NCBI GenBank assembly: GCA_963718915.1
Contig: CAVRAI010000001.1
Location: 300,001 to 332,000, forward strand
Source: an uncultured Chloroflexia bacterium
GTDB lineage: Bacteria > Chloroflexota > Ktedonobacteria > Ktedonobacterales > JADMIN01
Direction: 5' to 3'
DNA length: 32,000 bases
Below, in pieces: positions 24,541 through 32,000 of this stretch (positions are counted from its first letter, which is position 1; every line of letters starts with the position of its first letter). The position numbers and the translations under genes were made by a program. The notes beneath the pieces are model-generated. The model saw nothing but the letters and a program-made list of their open reading frames with translations, had not been told where the DNA came from and searched no databases.

Positions 24541-25131
24541 CGATCCTTCCGCGCATCATCGCGATATCGGTTCTGCTGTTTGTATGGCTGGCATCAGCAT
24601 CTGCTGGAACGTTGGCGGCAGGCTGAGAGCCAGGCGGCTAATCTTGCCTGTTCAGGAGCGGTTTATGATACATTGCTTTTTATCCCGAAACCATACTCAG
24701 TGATGGGCGAGGCAGGCCGCAGCGTAAACGCTACGGCGAATTTCTCGGCCGCTCTGGCCCACTCGCCGGGGCCTTTGGGCTTCGGCAGGCTCATCCTAAC
24801 ATGCGGTTCGAGCGTCATTCTCAATGTTCATTCAACTGCCCGCGTTCACGCGCCAGGCTACTACACCTCGCAGTATACTACGTCTCGTGGCATGAGAAGT
24901 CGTACACTGTCCTACTGGGCATACGCATCGTCCCTGATGGTACACGACACGGCGCGGCGGCGCAAGCTCTCCAACATTCATTCCGAAGGAGACGAACCAG
25001 CCGGGGCGTGTCGCTCGTCTGTAGTATAAATAACAAGGGAAGTGGGCGCGTCCGCGATTGATCCGCCTCTTGCGGCGCGCGGAGTATCGTACTACGATAG
25101 AGTTATCGCGACATTTCCCTGAATCCGCCGT

Positions 25132-28100
25132 ATGCAAGCTGGTTTTCTGGAAGGGGATGAGCAGGCTATGGCCATCAGAAACCATGTGGGATTCATTCCC
25201 AATCCCATCAGCAAGCGCAGCCAGACGCTCCACTCGCGCCTCGGCGACGCCCAGCGCTACATCTCCGTCTGCCCGTTCTGCGCCGTGGGATGCAGCCAGC
25301 AAGTCTTCGTCCGCGATGGCCGCGTGATCGACATCGAGGGCAACCCTGATAGCCCCATCAGCGCGGGCCATCTCTGCCCCAAGGGCGCCTCCACCTATCA
25401 ACTGCTCAACAATCCCAACCGCCCGACGAAGGTGCTCTATCGCGCCCCCGGCAGCACGGATTGGGAGGAGCGCCCGCTCGACTGGGCAATGGAACGTATC
25501 GCGCAGCGGGTGAAAGAGGCGCGCGACAGCGATTTCGTGATGCATGACGCCAGCGGTACGCGAGTTAACCGGCTGGAGACAATCGCCAGCATCGGCGGGG
25601 CGACGCTCGACAACGAAGAGAATTACCTGATCGCCAAGCTCTTACGCAACCTGGGCATCGTCCATATCACCAACCAGGCCCGTATCTGACACAGTTCCAC
25701 AGTGCCTGGTCTGGGCACAAGCTTCGGTCGCGGCGGCGCCACCACCGCGCAGTGGGACCTCGTCAATAGCGACTGCATCCTGATTCAAGGCTCGAACATG
25801 GCTGAGTGCCATCCGGTCGGGTTCCGCTTCGTCATGGAGGCGCGCGAGCGTGGCGCGACCATCATCCATGTCGATCCGCGCTTTACCCGCACCTCCGCCA
25901 ACGCCGATATCTACGCGCCGCTGCGCCCCGGCACCGATATCACCTTCCTCGGCGGCCTCATCAACTATGTGCTGAGCGAGGAGAAATTCTTCCGCGAGTA
26001 CGTGGTGGCCTACACCAACGCCGCCACCATCATCGGCGAAGACTTCCGCGATACCGAAGATCTCGACGGCGTCTTCTCCGGCTATCAGGCGGAGAGCGGG
26101 ACGTACGATGCCACAAGCTGGCGCTACGAGGTGGGCGAGGGCGGCGTGCCCCTGCGCGACGAGACGCTACAACATCCGCGCTGCGTCTTCCAGATTCTCA
26201 AACGCCACTTCGCGCGCTATACACCGGAGATGGTCGAACAGGTCTGCGGCACGCCACGCGATGTCTTCGTGAAGATCGCCGAGACGCTAACCGCCAACTC
26301 TGGCCGCGACCGCACGACGGCGTTCTGCTACGCCCTCGGCTGGACACAGCACACCATCGGCGTGCAGAACATCCGCGCCGCCGCGATGCTGCAACTGCTG
26401 CTTGGCAACATCGGGCGCCCGGCGGCGGCATTCTGGCGCTACGCGGGCACGCCGCCATCCAGGGTTCGACCGACATCCCCACCCTCTACAATCTGCTACC
26501 CGGCTACCTGAACATCCCCTATGCCAGCAACCGCACATTCAACGACTACCTGCTCGTCAATCAGGCGGAGACTGGCTGGTGGAACAACGTCCCCAAGTAC
26601 GCGGTAAGCATGCTCAAAGCATGGTACGGCGAGCACGCGACGGCGGAGAACGAGTGGGGCTATCAGTATCTTAACAAGCTGGATGAGAAGACCGACTACT
26701 CCTACTATCCAATGTTCTTCCGCATGAAGGACGGCGGCATCCGGGGCATCTTCGTCCTCGGCGAGAACTACGCCGTCGGCGGCCCTGGCGCGAAGGTTGA
26801 GCGCGCGGCGATGCGCCAACTCGAATGGTGCGTCATCCGCGATCCGTTCCTGGTCGAGACGGCCAACTTCTGGAAGATGGACGGCGTTGACCCGCATGAG
26901 GTGGATACCGAGGTCTTCTTCATGCCCGCCGCCTGGGCCGCCGAGAAGGATGGCAGCCTGACCAATACCCAGCGCATGCTCCAGTGGCACGAGAAGGCGA
27001 TTGATCCGCCTGGAGACGCCCGCTCGGAAACGTGGTTCTTCGTCCACCTGGGGCGGCGGCTGCGCGAACTCTACGCGGAGAGCCAGGAGGAACGCGACCG
27101 CCCGCTGCTGGCGATGACCTGGGACTATCCGCTTGAAGGGCCGCTGCAAGAGCCGCGCGCCGAGTCGGTGCTGGCGGAGATTAGCGGCTACACGGTGGCC
27201 GACGGCCAGCAGGTGGCGGGATTCGCCGACCTGAAGGACGATGGCAGCACCGCCTGTGGCTGCTGGATCTATAGCGGCGTCGTCCCGGCGAAGGGGCGCA
27301 ACCTCTCTGCCAGCCGCATCAAAGACGGCCCCGGCGAGTGGACGAATAACAGCCGCTGGGGCTGGGCGTGGCCCGCCAACCGCCGTATCCTCTACAATCG
27401 CGCCTCCGCCGACCCCGAAGGCAATCCGTGGTCAGAGCGCAAGCGGCTGGTCTGGTGGGATTCCACGGCCAACGACGGCAAGGGGCAATGGGTTGGCTAC
27501 GACGTGCCTGACTTCGTGCGCGATAAAGCGCCGGAGAGCCAGCGCGTCGTCGGTGGCAAGGGCGCCGCCGGGCTGACTGGCGCCGAGCCATTCATCATGC
27601 AGAGCGATGGCCGTGGCTGGCTCTTTGCGCCGCGTGGCGTGAAGGATGGCCCGCTGCCCGCCCACTACGAGCCGATGGAGTCGCCGCTGCCCAATGTGAT
27701 GTATCGGCGGCAGAATAATCCGGCGGTGATCGAGTTCGACCGACCCGATAACCCGATGCACGGCATGGGGAATCCAGCGTTCCCGTATATCATCACCACC
27801 TACCGCCTGACCGAACACCATACGTCGGGAGCGATGTCGCGCTGGAGCACGTGGCTCTCCGAGCTACAGCCGGAGCTATTCGCCGAGATCGATCCCGAAC
27901 TGGCGGCGGAACTGGACATCCGCATGGGCGACTGGGTGACGGTGACAACCGCACGCGCGGAGGTTGAGGCGCGCGCGATGGTGACGGAGCGCATGCGGCC
28001 AATGCATATCGAGGGGAAGACGCTGCACGTGATTGGCATGCCCTACCACTGGGGGCCAGCAGGCATCGTGACGGGCGATGTCGTCAACGATCTCATCGGC

Positions 28101-28331
28101 GTCGCGCTCGATCCCACCTCGCAAATTCATGAGGCGAAGGTCTTCACCTGCAACATGCGTAAGGGCCGCCGTACCCAGGCGATCCCGTCGGGCGGGCCAC
28201 ATGCCAGCGTAGCCGAGGGTGGCGCGGTCGCCCGGATTGACAGCGAAGGCGCGGAGATGGCGCGCTTCGACGCATACGGAGGCGCGGAGCCGCTTCCCGT
28301 GGAGCGATCATCGGAGGCGGACGATGACTAA
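25132..28331 (+). CDS. fdhA: formate dehydrogenase alpha subunit (Mo/W-bis-PGD), selenocysteine-containing; carries a 1-nt frameshift at about 26416-26421
   Basis: The Fe-S motif is CPFCAVGC...C. The in-frame TGA at 25687-25689 lies in NQARI-U-HSSTVPGLGTSFGRGG, the FdnG/FdhF Sec site. The reading frame changes between LLLGNIGR (frame of 25132) and PGGGILALRGHAAIQGSTD (frame of the 841-aa ORF). An alternative start is Met13 at 25168. The total of about 1054 codons fits FdnG-type enzymes. Confidence 0.85.
25687..25720 (+). promoter_or_regulatory. Sec codon plus candidate bacterial SECIS hairpin
   Basis: TGA is followed 12 nt later by gtgcc-tggtctg-ggcac (25702-25718). The apical loop contains GGUCU, like the E. 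coli fdhF SECIS loop. Confidence 0.6.
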
Positions 28332-29166
28332 GGGTTTTTTCACCGATACGACGCTCTGCATTGGCTGCAAGGCGTGCGAGGTGGCCTGCAAGCAGTGGAA
28401 CCAGCTTCCCGGCGATAACTACGAGTTCACCGGGATGAGCTACGATAACACTGCCGCCCTTGGCGCGACCACCTGGCGGCACGTCGCCTTCGTCGAGCAG
28501 ATGGGGCGGCAGCCGAACGGGGCTGGCAACGGCTCAGCGGATGGCGCGACGGCCATCGCGGAACGGGTTAGCAATCCGTCGGTGGGATTCCTTGGCGAGA
28601 ACCGCTGGCTGATGATGAGCGACGTCTGCAAGCACTGTACGAACGCGGGTTGCCTCAACGCCTGCCCCACCGGCGCGATCATCCGCAACGAGTTCGGCGA
28701 TGTCTACGTCCAGCCGGATATCTGCAACGGCTGCGGCTACTGCCAGCCCGCGTGCCCCTTCGGCGTGATCGAGGTGAATCAAGAGGATGGCCGCGCCTGG
28801 AAGTGTACCCTCTGCTACGACCGCCAGAAGGACGGCATGGAGCCTGCCTGCGCCAAGGCCTGCCCGACTCAGTCCATCCAGTTTGGCGAGGTTGAGGAAC
28901 TGCAAACGCGGGCGCGCGAGCGGGTGGGCATGCTGCACGCGCGCGGCGTGACGGACGCCTACCTCTACGGCGCGGACGAGCGGACGAGCGTTGGCCCGCT
29001 CAACGCCTTCTTCCTGCTGGTGGATCGCCCGGAGGTCTATAACCTGCCGGAACGGCCACATTTGCCGCAGGGACATATTGGCAGACACTATCTGGCGACG
29101 GGGCTGACGGCGCTGGCCTTTGGCGCGGTGGCGGCGCTGACGCTGCTCGGCGGGAGGCGGAAATGA
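28324..29166 (+). CDS. formate dehydrogenase iron-sulfur (beta) subunit, 4x[4Fe-4S], FdnH-like with C-terminal TM anchor
   Basis: MTKGFFTDTTLCIGCKACEVACKQWN, CKHCTNAGCLNACP, CNGCGYCQPACP and CTLCYDR...CAKACP ferredoxin motifs. The C-terminal hydrophobic helix is LTALAFGAVAALTLLGG. The ATG overlaps the alpha-subunit stop by 8 nt. Confidence 0.9.
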   Translation: MTKGFFTDTTLCIGCKACEVACKQWNQLPGDNYEFTGMSYDNTAALGATTWRHVAFVEQMGRQPNGAGNGSADGATAIAERVSNPSVGFLGENRWLMMSDVCKHCTNAGCLNACPTGAIIRNEFGDVYVQPDICNGCGYCQPACPFGVIEVNQEDGRAWKCTLCYDRQKDGMEPACAKACPTQSIQFGEVEELQTRARERVGMLHARGVTDAYLYGADERTSVGPLNAFFLLVDRPEVYNLPERPHLPQGHIGRHYLATGLTALAFGAVAALTLLGGRRK

Positions 29167-30344
29167 CGATGGGACGCGGACTACAGGGGCGCGGGGATGA
29201 CACTGGACGCCAGATGGATGAGCGCGACGAGCGGCGCGAGACGAGAAGCGCCGATGCGCGCCAGATAGGCGAGGCGACGAGTTATTACGACCGTCCGATG
29301 GTGAAGAAGCCAACCTGGAAATGGTATATCCCGCTCTACATCTTCATCGGCGGGCTGGGCGGCGGGGTTGCATTGATTGGCGGGCTGGCCGATCTCTTCG
29401 GCGGGCGGCGCCACCGCGCGACGGTACGGCGGGCACGCTACATCGCGCTGGCTGCCGCGCTCATCAGCCCACTGTTGCTCATCCTCGATCTAGGCCGTCC
29501 CACGCGCTTCCATCACATGCTGCGCGTCTTCAAGGTCAGCTCGCCGCTCAGCGTCGGCACCTGGATTCTGCTCGCCTTTGGCCTGACATCGGGCGCGCAG
29601 GCGGCGCGACAGGCCGCCGAGGACAATTTCATTCTCAAGCGTGAGAGTCGGCTGGGGCGGCTGGCAAGGCTGCTGCCCGGCAAACCGCTCTCGCTGGCGC
29701 AGGCGCTGCTCGGCCTGGGACTGGGCGGCTACACGGGTATCCTGCTGGCGGCGACGGCGATCCCGCTCTGGGCGACGGCTGGTCTGCTGCTGGGGCCGTT
29801 CTTCCTGGCGACGGCGGTGGCATCGGGCGCGGCGGCGCTGGCCCTGCTGGCGGGGCTGCGATTGGGCCGAACCTCTCACGCGGATGCCGATGAGGATGAG
29901 GATGAGGCGCGAGCGGATATCGAGACACTGGCGACGCTCAGCACAGCGACCCAACTTGGCCTGGAGATCGCGCGCGAGGCGGTGACGCCGCAGACAATTG
30001 GCAGGCCGCTCCGCCACGGAACATGGGCGACGGTCTATCGCGTCGGCGCGGTCGGCGGTGGGATGCTGATGCCACTGGCGCTCCGGCTACCGGCGCAGTT
30101 GCGCGGGCGTCCGGTTGGGCGGGCGCTCTCGATCATGGCGGCGACGCTGACGCTGGCAGGCGCGGTGGCCGAGCGATTCGCCATCGTCGAGGCGGGCAAG
30201 CAGTCGGCGGATGATCCCTACGCCTATCAGGAATTCACCTCAGGCAAGGTCGGTTCCGGCCGCCCCACGCCGGAGCAGCAGGCGTTAATGGCCCCCAAAA
30301 CGAAAGCTGCGAAACCCCACATCGCCGCGAAGGATACACGGTGA
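29163..30344 (+). CDS. NrfD/PsrC-family polytopic membrane subunit (quinone-interacting anchor of the formate dehydrogenase)
   Basis: ATGA overlap with the beta-subunit stop. SYYDRPMVKKPTWKWYIPLYIFIGGLGGG is the typical NrfD N-terminal motif, and there are about 8 TM helices. Confidence 0.8.
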   Translation: MTMGRGLQGRGDDTGRQMDERDERRETRSADARQIGEATSYYDRPMVKKPTWKWYIPLYIFIGGLGGGVALIGGLADLFGGRRHRATVRRARYIALAAALISPLLLILDLGRPTRFHHMLRVFKVSSPLSVGTWILLAFGLTSGAQAARQAAEDNFILKRESRLGRLARLLPGKPLSLAQALLGLGLGGYTGILLAATAIPLWATAGLLLGPFFLATAVASGAAALALLAGLRLGRTSHADADEDEDEARADIETLATLSTATQLGLEIAREAVTPQTIGRPLRHGTWATVYRVGAVGGGMLMPLALRLPAQLRGRPVGRALSIMAATLTLAGAVAERFAIVEAGKQSADDPYAYQEFTSGKVGSGRPTPEQQALMAPKTKAAKPHIAAKDTR

Positions 30345-30599
30345 TGGTATTGCCTGTGGCGCAAATGACAGAATGCGCGATCTCACCCTCGAACTCGCGA
30401 GCGAGCCATCTAAATGAGCCATATCACCTCCGATATCCCACGCTTGCATACAGGCAATGATTATGACATACTGGCGCTGATGCGGCCAGCGGCGCCCTAC
30501 GCTCCTGCGAAGAAAGCCCCGTGACCTCAGCGGCGGTGCGGTGTCAGCTTGAGCAATGTTCCTCTTGTTTATGAAGCTAATTGTTACCAGGAGAATTGC

Positions 30600-31622
30600 A
30601 TGCCGAAGGTCTTCATCTCCTACCGGAGGAGCGATAGTATAAGCGCCACTGGGCGCATCTATGACCGCCTGACCAGCCACTTTAGCAAGCAAGATGTATT
30701 CATGGATGTGGACAATATCCCCGCAGGCGTGCGCTTTTCGGACTACATCCAAGGCTCCCTGCGTGAGTGCATGCTAGAACTGGTCATCATTGGCCGCGAG
30801 TGGGCGACAGTTAGTACTAGCGTTGGCAGGAGACTAGACGATCCGCAGGATTTAGTACGCCAGGAGATTGAAGTGGGGCTAGCTCTCGGCCTCACTGTAC
30901 TCCCCGTACTTGTTGAAGGTGCCAGTATGCCTACGAAGGCAAATCTGCCAGAGTCGCTGGGCGAACTGAGCGAGATCAATGCGATCAAGGTAGATAACGA
31001 TCCGGACTTTAGTCGGGATATGGAGCGATTGGTGTGGGTGATAGAGCAGGTGTTTGCTGCGCGAACATCAAGCTTATCACAACCGGCCAACGAGGCGGTA
31101 GGGGCAGCCGCCCACGTCGGCGTGGAATGTTGGGAGGTCGTGGCGAGTCCCACCAGCAATATGCTGCTCTGTATCGCGTTGATCTCTGCAAGCGAAGGCT
31201 GGGCAGTAGGAGCGAGGGGAACGATCCTGCACTATCGCGGAGGTCAATGGCTTGACTGGATGAATGAACCGAAGCCAACACGGTCGGCGGTACCTACCTC
31301 CAAAGACCTCACCAGTGTCGTGATGGTCTCCCACAGCGAGGGCTGGGCTGTGGGACATGGTCATGTAATCCTCCATTATGATGGAGGAGAGTGGAAGGCA
31401 ACGGTTTCTACTATCGGTGATTTCAGCAAGAGGCTGATTCGTAATGTGTCAAAATATGTGCTATTGGATATCACTGGTCCCAATTACAGTGACTTCAGCA
31501 GTATAGCGCGGGCTTCCACCACCGACGTCTGGGCAGTCGGAAAGAGATCGACATATTTGGGATCTGGATGGCCAATCAGTCATCAATCAGTCATTATAGT
31601 GGACAGGCTTGGGAACAGTTAA
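30600..31622 (+). CDS. TIR-domain protein fused to beta-propeller-type repeats (5' portion, prematurely terminated by a frameshift)
   Basis: MPKVFISYRRSDS...DVFMDVDNI...ELVIIGREW...DLVRQEIEVGLALGLTVLPVLVEGASMP is a bacterial TIR_2-type domain. It is followed by repeats S.SEGWAVG..G.ILHY.GG.W. The start is placed at the Met with SD aggaga (30600); the ORF is open from 30549. Confidence 0.8.
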   Translation: MPKVFISYRRSDSISATGRIYDRLTSHFSKQDVFMDVDNIPAGVRFSDYIQGSLRECMLELVIIGREWATVSTSVGRRLDDPQDLVRQEIEVGLALGLTVLPVLVEGASMPTKANLPESLGELSEINAIKVDNDPDFSRDMERLVWVIEQVFAARTSSLSQPANEAVGAAAHVGVECWEVVASPTSNMLLCIALISASEGWAVGARGTILHYRGGQWLDWMNEPKPTRSAVPTSKDLTSVVMVSHSEGWAVGHGHVILHYDGGEWKATVSTIGDFSKRLIRNVSKYVLLDITGPNYSDFSSIARASTTDVWAVGKRSTYLGSGWPISHQSVIIVDRLGNS

Positions 31623-32000
31623 AAGTTTACGTCCAGCAAAAGCGGCTCTTCGGTATGACGTACACGTGGGTCTCTGCTCACGATCTCACCAGTATCACAA
31701 TGGTTTCTCCGAGGGAAGGCTGGGCAGTCGGCGAGAAGGGAATGATCCTCCATTATACTGGGAATAACTGGTACAAGATGCGAAGTCCCACTACCGCCAA
31801 CCTCACCAGTATCATGATGCTCTCTGCTGGGGGGGGTTGGGCGGTCGGCGAGAAGGGGACGATCCTTCAGTACACGGGAGGGCAGTGGCGACAGGTGGCA
31901 AGCCCCACCTCCGCGTATCTCACCAGCATAGCGATGGTCTCCGCCGACGAGGGTTGGGCGGTTGGATTTGCTGGGACAATCCTGCACCACGCTCAGGGAA
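31562..32000 (+). CDS. continuation of the TIR-propeller gene in the +2 frame (beta-propeller repeats; open to the right window edge)
   Basis: The frame is open with no stop from 31562 to the window end. It reads ...HYSGQAWEQL...SPREGWAVGEKGMILHYTGNNW...GGGWAVGEKGTILQYTGGQW...ADEGWAVGFAGTILHH, the same repeat family as in 30600..31622. It is absent from the ORF track because no stop lies in the window. Confidence 0.75.
   Translation, partial: MWMANQSSISHYSGQAWEQLKVYVQQKRLFGMTYTWVSAHDLTSITMVSPREGWAVGEKGMILHYTGNNWYKMRSPTTANLTSIMMLSAGGGWAVGEKGTILQYTGGQWRQVASPTSAYLTSIAMVSADEGWAVGFAGTILHHAQG
31574..31595 (+). repeat. 11-bp tandem duplication (aatcagtcatc / aatcagtcatt) causing the frameshift in the TIR-propeller gene
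   Basis: Read directly. Deleting one copy gives tgg cca atc agt cat tat agt gga cag gct tgg gaa cag = WPISHYSGQAWEQ. This joins the two frames and restores the repeat consensus. Confidence 0.85.

Noticed and set aside
25120-25134. Twin-arginine (RR) immediately upstream of the fdhA ATG as part of a Tat signal
   Set aside because: An in-frame TGA at 25120-25122 closes the frame two codons before the RR, and no hydrophobic h-region follows. It cannot be part of the translated product as the sequence stands.
25806-26417. N-terminal 200 or so codons of the 841-aa ORF (MPSGRVPLRHGGARAW...)
   Set aside because: This part is out of frame relative to the true fdhA reading frame (25132 frame), which shows the conserved FdnG sequence over the same nucleotides. 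Only from about 26418 onward is this frame the genuine one.
26413-26424. Programmed -1 ribosomal frameshift in fdhA
   Set aside because: There is no X XXY YYZ slippery heptamer at the shift site and no obvious downstream pseudoknot. A 1-nt loss in a C homopolymer is the simpler explanation.
24832-29313. Long antisense ORFs opposite the fdh genes (24832-25545, 26496-27149, 27432-27821, 28534-29313 and others)
   Set aside because: These are shadow ORFs of high-GC coding sequence, with no motifs and no SD, entirely covered by well-supported sense genes.
31619-31990. 123-aa minus-strand ORF at the right edge
   Set aside because: It is antisense to the clearly repetitive EGWAVG/ILHY propeller frame on the plus strand, and its translation has no repeat logic of its own.
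1-32000. CRISPR arrays, tRNA/tRNA-Sec, rRNA
   Set aside because: All repeats found are short tandem duplications without spacer architecture. I saw no GTTCGAATC-type T-arm with matching acceptor stems and no rRNA-like conserved blocks. tRNAscan or Infernal would be needed for certainty.

Overview
High-GC (about 60-70% in core genes by hand count) bacterial chromosomal window. The protein content suggests a Chloroflexota/Ktedonobacteria-like or other high-GC monoderm organism, but that is inference only. Genes from left to right:
- partial family-4 uracil-DNA glycosylase;
- DUF4383-like membrane protein with a Q/P/S-rich tail;
- TerC-family and DedA-family membrane proteins;
- a lower-GC type II restriction-modification pair (wHTH-HNH endonuclease plus C5-cytosine methyltransferase);
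- a tightly coupled replication operon, dnaB -> DnaD-domain protein -> DnaC/DnaI-like AAA+ loader, preceded by a dense DnaA-box array and an AT-rich tract;
- ArsR-like regulator plus MFS transporter;
- an 18-codon Lys-rich sORF;
- an M50/S2P homologue with a degenerate HExxH motif;
- an HD-domain gene whose 3' end runs into a roughly 2.6 kb low-GC island. The island encodes a PD-(D/E)xK/NERD-like nuclease and three abutting or overlapping unknown ORFs;
- scpA, a 7-blade WD40 protein, two tandem PsiE-like paralogues and a YhhN-family protein;
- an AT-richer accessory block with a C39-like cysteine peptidase and two unknown exported proteins;
- a PHP phosphoesterase;
- a selenocysteine (TGA + SECIS) formate dehydrogenase operon (alpha, FeS beta, NrfD-like membrane subunit);
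- a TIR-domain/beta-propeller-repeat gene running off the right edge.

The recurring theme is that several accessory genes are broken by small lesions visible in the sequence:
- a perfect 37-bp tandem duplication plus an in-frame TAG in the peptidase gene;
- an 11-bp tandem duplication in the TIR gene;
- a 1-nt loss in a C-run in fdhA;
- frame breaks in the island ORFs.

I found no tRNA, rRNA, CRISPR array, integrase or transposase. The best candidates for something new are the low-GC nuclease island, the TIR-propeller protein and the DnaA-box array beside the helicase operon. None of these can be confirmed without database or structure searches.
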